Positions 38,913 through 50,431 of a DNA stretch of 64,000 nucleotides are shown piece after piece. The notes below the pieces were generated by a model. The model ran no database searches. It worked only from the letters and a program-made list of their open reading frames with translations, and had not been told where the DNA came from. The DNA is from Candidatus Dojkabacteria bacterium (lineage in GTDB: Bacteria; Patescibacteriota; Dojkabacteria; SC72): assembly GCA_018056375.1 (NCBI GenBank), contig JAGPFQ010000001.1:432448-496447 (forward strand), read 5' to 3'. The position numbers were made by a program, and so were the translations under genes. Each line of letters starts with the position of its first letter. Position 1 is the first letter of the stretch.

Positions 38913-41900
38913 TTATTTTGTTCCACACTCCCCATTTTTTTGTCCACCAGGATTCCAAATGATTGATTTACAATTTGCTTCCTTTGGTTGGAAACTGTTA
39001 ATTCTTACAAAGTATCCATTTAATGGACTTATTGGGAAATCTTGACCATATGTTTGACCTTCTGATACCTGGAAGCCTTCATACCTACCTTTACTAGTTG
39101 GCCACCACGTTACATTGTTAGATTGAAGACCTTCTGTACTATTAATACTATTTATGAAGGATTGAGCTGTATATGCTTTTGTATGACCATGTACTCCTAC
39201 TAAATTCCAACCTTCTGAGAAGGCGATTGGTACAGAACTCTTAAGAGTTTTACCTGGGACTGATATAGTAGCATCTTTCGTTGCAATTATGACATAGCCT
39301 TTACCAAATACTAATGTTTCATCGGTAAAACCTTTGGTTTCCTTTGTTGTAAAGTCATAAGAAACACCACCTTCCCAAGCACCACTTTGGAAACTTGCAA
39401 TTCTTGTTATTATTCCTTCATCCTTATTCATTAGTTTAACAAAATCTCCCATCTTTAAACCTTGGTTTGCACTTACAGTTGGAAGGAAGTTAAATGAAAT
39501 AATATTAATTCCTGATTTTAGGTCTATTTCATTCATTGTCACCTCATCAGAAACTGTTACTGTAGTAGCAGATTTAGGTACTAAAAGGTCTTCATTATCT
39601 TGTGGATTATTTGGATCTTCAGGAGCTTGATATCCATCTAGACCATTTCTCTCATAGTAGAATAGATGTGCAGTCCCTGGACTACCCATTACGATTGCAC
39701 TTCCACCACCTTCAGCACTAATTTTATATATAGATATTTCTGGGAAGTATATTAAATCTGTACTACTACTTACTTCCTCTGCGTGTACTTTAGAGACATA
39801 TTTGGAACTTGCACCTCCACTTGAAAGTGCAGGACAGTCCTCTAATGGACAAAGAATATTATCCTTAGTGTCATCGAATTTATGATACTCTCTCCATTCA
39901 CATTTATGATAAGAAGAAAGTGTTGATCTTGGATTCTTAAAACATACCAACTGAGTGCTTTCATTGTATGAATCAAGATCCTCACAGGAAGAATCTCCGT
40001 GACACAATTCTGTCGTAATAATCGTAGAGCGAGCCTTCTCACACTCAGTCATTGAACAAAAACTTCCTCTGTTTCCAGTACACTGACTTTTAGGTATTCC
40101 ATTTCTATCTGTTGTATACCCATATGTAGATCCACAACATTGTTGATTAGAAATTTGCGTTGCTCCCATTGATTCTGGTGTGTAATAGCAATAACACCCA
40201 GCCGGACTGTAGCACTTAGATCCCCCTCCAATAATACGGTCACTTTGACCAATCATTGATCTCGCTGCGGCATTACACGAACCCAACTCTAGGTACCTAT
40301 CTGCTCTAATTGTCCCATCATCATTGTAACAGAAGCTCCAGTCACCACTATTACTACACAAACCGTAATCACCTATATTTATATAATAGCACTTTACTTC
40401 ACTTCTACGTTTTAAGAAATTCCTACACTCTGTTAGAGTTCTATATAAATTAGAGGATGGTAAACATCCTTTGCTCTTAGGATACTGAGACTCACTACAT
40501 AAAGCACTCGCTTGGGCTTCGTTTCTAACAATCTCAAAACAGTACTTCCCATCAACTCCACCTCCTTCAATCTGGCATACAGTTGGTTCTCCCGCTTTAC
40601 CAAAATTAAAAGGATCCTTACCACTACCTTCACAAATACAACCATAGTGATAACCATACCCTTTTTGATCATGACATGGCGCTCCTTCAGCATTCGCTTT
40701 TATTGTTAAACGTTTTGTAGTATCCGTAGGAGAAGTATCTATTGTCTTACATAAAGTGGGTTCACTAGTATTCATCTTCCCAAAATTCTTAGTAGTACCA
40801 TCACTATATTTACAAATACAACCATTATCTTTATCTGGACATGTTACTCCTGTAGTAGTAGGTATTACAGGCATTCGTTCTGTAGGAGAAGCATCTGTTG
40901 TCTTACATAAAGTTGGTTCGTTTGTATTCTTCTTCCCAAAATCCTTAGTAGTACCATCACTATACACACAAATACAACCATTATCTTTATCTGTACATGC
41001 TGCTCCTGTTTCTGTAGCATTCACCCTTTTTGTACGTTTTGTGGGGGTAGGAGTAGGAGTGTTGGAACAATATATTGTATAACCATTAGTACTCGACACA
41101 TTCAAACGTGTCCCCGTAACAGAAAAACCTGCATTCACAGTATATGGCATACTAGAGCTACAGAAAGCATTATAGTTAGATGCTGTAGAAGCACTAACAC
41201 AGAGACTCAAATCTCCACCTCCAGCACTAGTTTTACCATTGATTACCACAGGGAAACTTGATGATTTACAAGAAGAACTGGACTTCGCATTATTACAAGC
41301 AGTTGTTGTGGTATAACAACCACTTGCAGAATCACAAGAGTCCTTTTGTACTTTTGTAGAACAATTAGGAGTACAATAACAATCCTTCTTAGTTGGAGCA
41401 CCACCTAGGTTACTCTCACATGTAGATTTATGTAAATAACATCCTTCACGGGTATTGCAATTAGTTTTCTTTATAGGTTCAGCGCACTGATTTTCTGTAC
41501 AATAGCAGTCTCTTTCAGTGGTTTGAGGAGGCTGAGTAGGTTGAGGTTGGATCTGATCTTGACACACTGACTGAGAGTTGTAACATCCTTCACTAGCATT
41601 ACAACTAGGTTTTTGTTGAGCAGCTCCACAACTATCATTAGTACAATAACAATTTTGCAAGCTAATACATCCAGCCCAGCTAGGATCACAACTTGCAGTA
41701 CATCTACCACTAAGACTAACAGAATACCCATTCGCAGGAGTTCCAGCAATAGTACATGTACAACCATTACCGTTTTGACATATAGCACCTTCTGTTGTTA
41801 ATGCTGTAACTCCTTGGTCTCCACAACCTACATTACCACAAGTAACTCCAGGACCCTCAACAACTTTGTTATAACACAGTGTTCTATTCTGATCTCTCTT

Positions 41901-43169
41901 ACGATACTGCTTATAACATTTGTTAAGTCCATTCGAACACCCTCCTCGTACATAACCATCATCAGGATAACAACCATCTGCAGGTTCTTGAGGTACAGGC
42001 GATGGTGTTGACGTGGGAGGGGTTGGCGCGGGAGGAGTTGGTGCAGGATTAGAAGGTAGTAAATCTTTACAGAGCCCCTGATTCCCATAATATCCTTCGC
42101 TAGCTTTGCAGAATTTACCTTGAATAGTTGTAGCATTACAATTATCATTCACATCGTAACAATAAGCTGCATAAGTTTTACTAATCAATTTTCTAAGTAA
42201 ATTACCTAACTCTTTCTCTTCACTCTTATCCTCTCCCCAATCATCTTCACTATTCCCCATTAATTTAAGAGGGAATGACGTTTCTTCATACAATGCATAA
42301 CCTGTCGATCCTGGTTTTGCATTATCTACCTGAGGCATGAACTCTAATAGAGCTCCTTCCATAGAAACAGGTTTATTCTCCTCATCTCTAATATTAGCTA
42401 AATCAATACTCCAACCTCCTTCTTTATTTGTAACTGCTGACATCAAAGGATACTCATTACCATCCTTGAATGTCCTAAGGAATATAACGGAGTCAAAGTT
42501 TTTCCTCTCCCCCATACTCCCATCATTTCTATAATAAGTATTATATGATGTCCCATATGCAGAGTTTGGTGTAGTTATATCTGTAATCAGAGACTTTGTT
42601 TTCTGCGAAAACACAAGAGAGACTGGAAGCTCTCTCTCTACAAACTCAACATCTTCAAAATTACTTTGATTATAACTAATCAATCCATTACCCACCCTAA
42701 AGAAATATTCCTTATCTGCATCTAAATCTGGTACTGTAACATGGTGAGTATAGTATGCTCCTTTTTTAGTTACTTTAACATTATCACAATCAAAGCCAGT
42801 AACCTCTATTGTAGAGTCTTCACTCTTCTTGGATACCTGCTCGTTAAACTTACTAACACATTCTGTCTGAGCATTAGATACATCCCTATCATCAAAGGCC
42901 TTCTTCTTACCTAACCAAGCTAATGGACCTGGAAGAAAGTTATCCTTCTCTCCATAGTAAACCATACCGACCATTGGTTCTTTAGTCACCCATGAGACAG
43001 TAAAGGCACTATCTGTTACATTACTTACTCTTACCTTGTACGGACGATTCTTTACACTAAAGTAAGCTACATATCCTACATAACCTAGAAGTAAGACAAT
43101 TAACACTCCCAGAGATACCTTAGAAATGGTTCTAAGGGTTTTAGTAAAACTTGGTTTCATACAATACAC
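38913..43169 (-). CDS. giant N-anchored Cys-rich extracellular protein (1418 aa) with N-terminal PAP-N/FN3-like module, Pro/Thr linker and several Cys-repeat families
   Basis: Signal anchor. 'VSNVTDSAFTVSWVT...YYTHHVTVPDLDADKEYFFRVG'. 'PAPTPPAPTPP' linker. Three 'CYCTxNxC...CN..EGCY' repeats. Three roughly 47-aa 'C(T/P)DKDNGCIC.YSDGTTK.FGK' repeats. No C-terminal TM. Confidence 0.6.
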   Translation of the reverse strand: MYCMKPSFTKTLRTISKVSLGVLIVLLLGYVGYVAYFSVKNRPYKVRVSNVTDSAFTVSWVTKEPMVGMVYYGEKDNFLPGPLAWLGKKKAFDDRDVSNAQTECVSKFNEQVSKKSEDSTIEVTGFDCDNVKVTKKGAYYTHHVTVPDLDADKEYFFRVGNGLISYNQSNFEDVEFVERELPVSLVFSQKTKSLITDITTPNSAYGTSYNTYYRNDGSMGERKNFDSVIFLRTFKDGNEYPLMSAVTNKEGGWSIDLANIRDEENKPVSMEGALLEFMPQVDNAKPGSTGYALYEETSFPLKLMGNSEDDWGEDKSEEKELGNLLRKLISKTYAAYCYDVNDNCNATTIQGKFCKASEGYYGNQGLCKDLLPSNPAPTPPAPTPPTSTPSPVPQEPADGCYPDDGYVRGGCSNGLNKCYKQYRKRDQNRTLCYNKVVEGPGVTCGNVGCGDQGVTALTTEGAICQNGNGCTCTIAGTPANGYSVSLSGRCTASCDPSWAGCISLQNCYCTNDSCGAAQQKPSCNASEGCYNSQSVCQDQIQPQPTQPPQTTERDCYCTENQCAEPIKKTNCNTREGCYLHKSTCESNLGGAPTKKDCYCTPNCSTKVQKDSCDSASGCYTTTTACNNAKSSSSCKSSSFPVVINGKTSAGGGDLSLCVSASTASNYNAFCSSSMPYTVNAGFSVTGTRLNVSSTNGYTIYCSNTPTPTPTKRTKRVNATETGAACTDKDNGCICVYSDGTTKDFGKKNTNEPTLCKTTDASPTERMPVIPTTTGVTCPDKDNGCICKYSDGTTKNFGKMNTSEPTLCKTIDTSPTDTTKRLTIKANAEGAPCHDQKGYGYHYGCICEGSGKDPFNFGKAGEPTVCQIEGGGVDGKYCFEIVRNEAQASALCSESQYPKSKGCLPSSNLYRTLTECRNFLKRRSEVKCYYINIGDYGLCSNSGDWSFCYNDDGTIRADRYLELGSCNAAARSMIGQSDRIIGGGSKCYSPAGCYCYYTPESMGATQISNQQCCGSTYGYTTDRNGIPKSQCTGNRGSFCSMTECEKARSTIITTELCHGDSSCEDLDSYNESTQLVCFKNPRSTLSSYHKCEWREYHKFDDTKDNILCPLEDCPALSSGGASSKYVSKVHAEEVSSSTDLIYFPEISIYKISAEGGGSAIVMGSPGTAHLFYYERNGLDGYQAPEDPNNPQDNEDLLVPKSATTVTVSDEVTMNEIDLKSGINIISFNFLPTVSANQGLKMGDFVKLMNKDEGIITRIASFQSGAWEGGVSYDFTTKETKGFTDETLVFGKGYVIIATKDATISVPGKTLKSSVPIAFSEGWNLVGVHGHTKAYTAQSFINSINSTEGLQSNNVTWWPTSKGRYEGFQVSEGQTYGQDFPISPLNGYFVRINSFQPKEANCKSIIWNPGGQKNGECGTK
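40570..41040 (-). repeat. in-frame tandem direct repeat (three copies of about 141 nt, third degenerate) inside the 1418-aa CDS
   Basis: Near-identical stretches about 120 nt apart ('...ttagtagtaccatcactata...caaatacaaccattatctttatctg...'). Visible at protein level as two CxDKDNGCICxYSDGTTKxFGK copies plus one divergent copy. Confidence 0.6.
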
Positions 43170-43231
43170 AACATTATTATTTTATATACTTATATCTAAC
43201 TAAATTACTGTGAGTAAGTCAAGGTTTTAGA

Positions 43232-44969
<1,738 letters not shown>

Positions 44970-44985
44970 ATCTAGTTATATCATA

Positions 44986-46014
44986 CTAAATAATTAACAT
45001 ACTATCTCCATAGCTTAGGAACATATACTCATAAGCTAAAGCCTCATCATACGCTTTCTTAATTAACTCTGTTCCAGCAAATGAAGAAACTAGAAGAATT
45101 AAAGAAGAGTCGGGCATATGAAAATTTGTAACTAAATGATTAACAATTCTCCATTCATATCCAGGATAAATGTAAAGATTTGTTTTACCATCATATGCTT
45201 CTACAAAACCATCTTTTGTTGCACAACTCTCAAGTAGTCTTGCAACTGTTGTTCCAAAAGCCCAAACATCACCGCCATTTTTAATTGTTGCGTTGATAAT
45301 ATCTGCAGAAAGTTGTGATAAAGAGATTTCTTCTTCATGAATTTCATGGTCTTCAATGTTTTCTTCTCTAACAGGGGCAAATGTTCCCCAACCTACTTTT
45401 AATTCCACTTTGACTACTTTCACACCCTTCTTTTTAATTTTTTCTAAAAGGTCTTCCGTTAAATTAAGACTAGCCGTTGGAGAAGCAACAGAACCAAATT
45501 GACTTCCAAATACTGTATTGTATCTCTCAAAGTCCTCTTGAGTATCATCTCTTTTCATGTATGGAGGAATTGGTGTATGTCCTATCTTCTCAAAAATTTC
45601 CTTGGGATTTAAATCCGTTAGCAACTTAACAATTACCCCTTTTTCACTCTTTTTTATAATCTGCAACCGAATTTCTTTACAAACCAGATTGCTCAAAATG
45701 TCGTTTTCTTTAAGTTGTTTACTCTTCTTTATTAAACAGAACCAATTTCCATCTGGTTGTTGATTAAGAAAAAGAACTTCATGAATCCTCTCTTTACTAT
45801 CAACAAAATATGTTCTTCTTTTTTCAACTTTAGTTTCATTAAGGACAACTACATCTCCTTCTTTCATATATTCAACACAATCAGAATACTTTCTATGTGT
45901 AATACTTCCTTCTTCCCTGTCTAAAACAAGAAGTTTGGTAGTACCTCTTTTTTTAGGTGGAAACTTAGCTATTCTTTCTTCTGGTAGATTGTATGTAAAC
46001 TCTGACATTTTCAT
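44986..46014 (-). CDS. queA: S-adenosylmethionine:tRNA ribosyltransferase-isomerase
   Basis: 'FTYNLPEERIA' N-terminus and conserved QueA core. Length 342 aa. Confidence 0.85.
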   Translation of the reverse strand: MKMSEFTYNLPEERIAKFPPKKRGTTKLLVLDREEGSITHRKYSDCVEYMKEGDVVVLNETKVEKRRTYFVDSKERIHEVLFLNQQPDGNWFCLIKKSKQLKENDILSNLVCKEIRLQIIKKSEKGVIVKLLTDLNPKEIFEKIGHTPIPPYMKRDDTQEDFERYNTVFGSQFGSVASPTASLNLTEDLLEKIKKKGVKVVKVELKVGWGTFAPVREENIEDHEIHEEEISLSQLSADIINATIKNGGDVWAFGTTVARLLESCATKDGFVEAYDGKTNLYIYPGYEWRIVNHLVTNFHMPDSSLILLVSSFAGTELIKKAYDEALAYEYMFLSYGDSMLII

Positions 46015-46038
46015 ATTCTGCTGTATTATAGTAAAATA

Positions 46039-47013
46039 TTGGGCATGGATAAAGTAAAAACAATATTTTTAGGTAGTGGTTGGGAGTCTGTAGAGACTCT
46101 TAGAGTTCTTCATGAGAGTAAAGATTTCGAAGTAGTTTGCGTGATAACAACAGTTGATAGACCTGTTGGTAGAAAGCAGGTAATGACACCTTCTGATGTT
46201 AAGAAATATGCTTTGGAGAATAATATCCCTGTTGAACATACAGAGAGTAAGAAAGAGAGATATATTGAAATTGCTAATCAGTACAAACCGGATATTGTTG
46301 TTTGTAAGGCATTTGGAGAGATTGTTCCAAAGGAATTTTTAGAATATCCAAAGTATAGCTGTATTAATATTCATTTTTCAATTTTACCTAAATACAGAGG
46401 AGCTGTACCAATACAGAAAGCAATTTTAGATGGGGAGAAGGAAACAGGTATTTCAATTATGTTAATGAGTGAAGGTTTGGATGAGGGAGATGTTCTTGAT
46501 ATTTACAAAGAAGATATTAGACCTGATGATACGAATATTTCATTAAGAGAGAGGTTGGTAAAGAAGAGTGCTGAGATTCTTCTTCCTGTTTTGAGAGAGT
46601 GGATTCATGGGAAGATTGTTCCTCAGAAACAGGATAGTTCTAGAGCTACATATTGTTGGCAAAAAGATATTGCAAAAGAAAAAGCAGAAATTAAATGGAA
46701 TATGTACGAGCCTGAATATATTGAGAGAATGGTTAGTGCTTTTCTTCCATGGCCTGTTGCATGGACTAGATTACCTAAGAGTGAGAACAAGAATTTGTCT
46801 GAGAAGATAATGAAGATTTACAAAGCGGAGTTAATCAATTGTAAGAACATGGGTAATGAGGTTGGTAAACTTTTTGTTGAAGGAGAAGACCTGCTTTTTA
46901 CAACAAAGAATAGTGAAAAGTGTTTGAAGTTGGTAGAGTTTCAGATTGAAGGAAGGAATATTACAAACTCTCAAGATTTTCTAAAAGGTCTAGGTCGTCA
47001 TCTTCTTCATTAG
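46039..47013 (+). CDS. fmt: methionyl-tRNA formyltransferase
   Basis: 'IHFSILPKYRGAVPIQKAIL' formyltransferase motif. N- and C-domains present. Confidence 0.85.
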   Translation: MGMDKVKTIFLGSGWESVETLRVLHESKDFEVVCVITTVDRPVGRKQVMTPSDVKKYALENNIPVEHTESKKERYIEIANQYKPDIVVCKAFGEIVPKEFLEYPKYSCINIHFSILPKYRGAVPIQKAILDGEKETGISIMLMSEGLDEGDVLDIYKEDIRPDDTNISLRERLVKKSAEILLPVLREWIHGKIVPQKQDSSRATYCWQKDIAKEKAEIKWNMYEPEYIERMVSAFLPWPVAWTRLPKSENKNLSEKIMKIYKAELINCKNMGNEVGKLFVEGEDLLFTTKNSEKCLKLVEFQIEGRNITNSQDFLKGLGRHLLH

Positions 47014-47557
47014 GATCAACGAAGTAAGAAAGAAAAGCTTCTGGAATGTAAGAACCACCTGCATCAGGCATTTCGTAAGCTAAAACTTCTTGTTTCTTTT
47101 TCTCAATATCTAACATAGTTTCTAAACCAAAAGAAATTCTAATTATTTCTTCTAAACTAGTTAATCTAGTCAAGTAGCCAATATTATCATCTGTAACTAT
47201 ATTCAATCTGTGTGCAACAGAAAGCATCTTTAGTTGATGTGCATCAAATCCTTCAACATTTGTATTATTCTTTCTTAGTTTATTCACCAAAAAATCCTCA
47301 GTAATTAGAAACTTCTGTTCTTTAAATTTATGAAACTCTCTTTCTATTACCTCAAACAATTCATCTGGTGAATAGTTTGGTATCAATAGTGAATAGAACT
47401 CTACTATTTGCTCAAACGTATCCTTTTCATTGGTCGGAGAATCATTTCCAGTGCTTATTCTTAGAGTTATTAAATTGTTAGCAATCGTGGTTGCTATATC
47501 TCTAATATTTGCCTCTTTTTCCAACCATTCAGGAGTATTAGGTTGCTCTTTTTCCAT
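46961..47557 (-). CDS. hypothetical acidic protein
   Basis: ORF only. ATG at about 47557. The 47590 GTG start in the ORF track would run into the RNase P RNA. Confidence 0.4.
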   Translation of the reverse strand: MEKEQPNTPEWLEKEANIRDIATTIANNLITLRISTGNDSPTNEKDTFEQIVEFYSLLIPNYSPDELFEVIEREFHKFKEQKFLITEDFLVNKLRKNNTNVEGFDAHQLKMLSVAHRLNIVTDDNIGYLTRLTSLEEIIRISFGLETMLDIEKKKQEVLAYEMPDAGGSYIPEAFLSYFVDPNEEDDDLDLLENLESL

Positions 47558-47580
47558 TACTAATTCCTTTAAATAAAAAT

Positions 47581-47886
47581 GTATAAGCACATAATAAGCC
47601 GGATTCTGTATAACGATGGTTATCTATCTATGCGGTTTAACCTTGCTTCAAGTGGGGGTTACCAGCAATAGAACATTACTGTCTATCCGGTGGTCTCTTA
47701 CACCACCATTTCACCCTTACCTAGTAAACTAGGCGGTATCTTTCTGTTGCCCTTTTCTCCGAAAGATCACTCCCTCCCAACTCTCGTTGGCACTTATCTC
47801 GATATGTTCGAGACTGACACGAAGTCCGGACTTTCCTCATCTACTCTAAATGAGCAAATGCAACCATCTAATAGTACTTATACACC
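47581..47886 (-). ncRNA. rnpB: RNase P RNA (bacterial type A)
   Basis: The minus strand carries universally conserved blocks: 'GAGGAAAGTCCGGACTTC' (P4 5' strand), 'GGTAAGGGTGAAATGGTGGTGTAAGAGACCACC', 'GGTAACCCCCACTTGAAGCAAGG' and 'ACAGAATCCGGCTTAT' (P4 3' strand). P1 pairs 5' 'GTATAAGTAC' with 3' 'GTGCTTATAC'. Local GC is higher than surrounding sequence. Confidence 0.85.
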
Positions 47887-47895
47887 TATATTATA

Positions 47896-48852
47896 CTATT
47901 TTTTCCTCTTTCTAACAATGTATCTGATTACAAGAACTGTTACTACAACAGGAGTTCCAAATACTATTAACCATATTAATACTGAGCCTAAGCCTTTGAG
48001 AACACTTACAAACGCTCTTAATGCATTCTTTAGTACTCCTAATGGTCTCCACTTATCATCCTCTATTACAGCTCCTACATTACTCTGAGAAATTGTTATT
48101 GTAACTGTAGAATATTCTGTTTGATTTGCATAATGTTTAAGTTGAGATTCAATACTTTCTATTTGATATCTAATAGTATTTAACTCTCTATATACAGCCA
48201 TTGTATCTGTAACATTTTTAGCAGTCTTTTGAATCTCAAGGAGTTGTGCTTCAGTATTTCTATATGTCTTCAATCTTGCTTGTAAATCAATGACTTCATT
48301 TGTAACATCAGTAATACCAGAAGAAGCAGACCCTATCTCTACATCCATATCCTTTAAATCGTTAAAGAAGTTTTCAAAATCATCTACTTTTACTTTATAC
48401 TCAATATTAACTCTCCTGTTTATCCCTTTACCACTATCATATGTATTTTGAGATTCTGCTTGATATTTTTTAGCAATTGAATCTATTTCTGTTAGTGTAT
48501 CGTCAATATCATCTGCAAAGATTCTAAGGTCTCCTTCTTTAATTATATTTTTATCTTTACTAGTGGTATTACTTGTTTCTGTTGTAGGTACCGCTTGAGG
48601 TGCCATTTCATTGTTTCTAGCTGCTGATTTAGAAGCAAAACCGTCGCCTAGAAAAGCATTAAAAGATGAACCTGATTTAAAACCACTATCTATGTAGGAG
48701 ATGTCCTCTACCATCATATTTGAATCATAAGAAGGGTTTGTTCTAACAGCAAAATGCTTTAAAATAGCTATTCCAATCACAGCTGTTAGAGCTATTCCTA
48801 AGATGGAAAGTAGAACTATCCCACCTATCTTTAAAAATTTTTTCTTATCCAT
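47896..48852 (-). CDS. DUF4349-like protein (N-terminal TM, coiled-coil core, C-terminal TM)
   Basis: Architecture and length match. No catalytic motif. Confidence 0.45.
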   Translation of the reverse strand: MDKKKFLKIGGIVLLSILGIALTAVIGIAILKHFAVRTNPSYDSNMMVEDISYIDSGFKSGSSFNAFLGDGFASKSAARNNEMAPQAVPTTETSNTTSKDKNIIKEGDLRIFADDIDDTLTEIDSIAKKYQAESQNTYDSGKGINRRVNIEYKVKVDDFENFFNDLKDMDVEIGSASSGITDVTNEVIDLQARLKTYRNTEAQLLEIQKTAKNVTDTMAVYRELNTIRYQIESIESQLKHYANQTEYSTVTITISQSNVGAVIEDDKWRPLGVLKNALRAFVSVLKGLGSVLIWLIVFGTPVVVTVLVIRYIVRKRKK

Positions 48853-49051
48853 AGTTTTTTGTATGTGAAAAAGTTATATCAATACATAATATGAGAATCA
48901 GAATGGGAAAACAATATGTCTTAAATTATTACCCTCCAAATTTCGAGGTAATGAATTTAACAAGCATATATAAAATGAGAATTATTATCAACATTATTAA
49001 AGGCAGAAACGCTTTCAACTTTTCGTTCATTAGATGAAGTATAACAGAAAA

Positions 49052-49444
49052 CTATCTCTTTGAGAACTGAGGTTTCTTTCTTGCTTTGACGTGATCGTAC
49101 TTCTTTCTCTCTACCTCTCTTGGGTCTCTTGTTACCAACTTCTCTTTTCTTAAAGCTGGTTTAAGTTCTGGATCCATTTTGTAGATTGCTCTTGCTAAAC
49201 CTAGCCTTACAGCTTCCTTTTGTCCAGTCATACCACCACCATTTACTTTAGCTGTAAAGTAGTATTTGTTTTCTAGACCAACAACAAATAGAGGCTTTTT
49301 TACAAATTTCTCAATATCCTTAACTCCTAAGAAATACTCATCTAATGCCTTAGAATTAACAGTCGATGCTTTATCTCCAGAGTATATTCTTACTCTAGCT
49401 ACTGCTCTTTTTCTTCTACCAATTCCTTCAAAATATTTCTCCAC
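49052..49444 (-). CDS. rpsI: 30S ribosomal protein S9
   Basis: C-terminal '...VKARKKPQFSKR' matches S9. Confidence 0.9.
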   Translation of the reverse strand: MEKYFEGIGRRKRAVARVRIYSGDKASTVNSKALDEYFLGVKDIEKFVKKPLFVVGLENKYYFTAKVNGGGMTGQKEAVRLGLARAIYKMDPELKPALRKEKLVTRDPREVERKKYDHVKARKKPQFSKR

Positions 49445-49455
49445 TGTTTTCTTCT

Positions 49456-49890
49456 TTAAAATTTAATCTCTTTTGGATTCTGTCCTTCATGTTTGTGAAC
49501 AGAATTTTTGTAAACATATAATCTTTTTAGTCTACTATCTCTTAATTTGTTGTTTGGCAACATATTTTTAACAGCATCAATTATAACCTTCCTAGAATCT
49601 TTCTCCATCTGTCTTTCAAAACTTACAACTTTATCTCCTCCTGGATACCCAGAGTGTCTATGATATTCTTTTTTAAGTTCTTTTCCTCTTGTAAGTTTTA
49701 CATTATCACTATTAATGATTATTACATAATCTCCACAATCAACATCAGGTACTATCTCTGGTTTCTCTTTTCCTATTAGTAGAGAAGCTATTTTAGTTGC
49801 AACTCTACCAAGTATTTGATCTTTTACATCAACAACATACCATTCTCTTTTTATATTTTCTTTTGTTGTCCAAACTGTTTTATATTTCAT
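49456..49890 (-). CDS. rplM: 50S ribosomal protein L13
   Basis: 'VVDVKDQILGRVATKIASLLIGK'. Confidence 0.9.
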   Translation of the reverse strand: MKYKTVWTTKENIKREWYVVDVKDQILGRVATKIASLLIGKEKPEIVPDVDCGDYVIIINSDNVKLTRGKELKKEYHRHSGYPGGDKVVSFERQMEKDSRKVIIDAVKNMLPNNKLRDSRLKRLYVYKNSVHKHEGQNPKEIKF

Positions 49891-49907
49891 TCTTTAAAAA
49901 GTATTAA

Positions 49908-50426
49908 TTAAAGTCCTGACCTTGTTCTAGACCTTTCTGTTGATTTTATAACCGTAGTAGTATCAACTTTCTTATCTTGTCCAAAGAGTCCTGTTCTCTT
50001 AGGTTTCTCTTGTTCTACAGTCTTTGTTGTTTTCTCTTCTTTCTTCTCAACTTTAGTCTCTGTTTTCTTTTTATCTTTCTTTGCAAAACCTACTAGAGAT
50101 ACTTTAGACATCTCTGCATTATCTCCATCTCTAAATCTAATTTTTAAAATACTTACTCCTGTTTTTTCACCTTTAGCATACTCTACAAGTTTTTTTACTA
50201 ATTCCGTTTTTCCAAGAATAGTCTGTAATTCTCTTCTTGTAGTAACTTTCTCGGCATTCTTTGCTTTCTGTAAAAGAGAGTCTGCATCTTTCTTTAAAAC
50301 TTTTGCTTTAGGTGTTGTAGTTTCAACATAACCTTTTTCCAAAAGAGACCTTAAGAGATTTCTTTTTAGAGAAACTCTATGTGCCTTTTTCTTTCCTAGT
50401 TTTGCTACTTTAACTCCTTTATACAT
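49908..50426 (-). CDS. rplQ: 50S ribosomal protein L17 with Lys-rich C-terminal extension
   Basis: N-terminal L17 core 'LGKKKAHRVSLKRNLLRSLL'. C-terminal tail of about 50 residues is rich in Lys/Glu/Thr. Confidence 0.85.
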   Translation of the reverse strand: MYKGVKVAKLGKKKAHRVSLKRNLLRSLLEKGYVETTTPKAKVLKKDADSLLQKAKNAEKVTTRRELQTILGKTELVKKLVEYAKGEKTGVSILKIRFRDGDNAEMSKVSLVGFAKKDKKKTETKVEKKEEKTTKTVEQEKPKRTGLFGQDKKVDTTTVIKSTERSRTRSGL

Positions 50427-50431
50427 TCGAA

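Noticed and set aside
40756-41082. 108-aa plus-strand ORF with an internal repeat
   Set aside because: It is the antisense shadow of the tandem repeat inside the 1418-aa gene. Its repeat merely mirrors that gene's repeat.
47690-48088. 132-aa plus-strand ORF
   Set aside because: Overlaps the RNase P RNA gene and the DUF4349 gene on the opposite strand.
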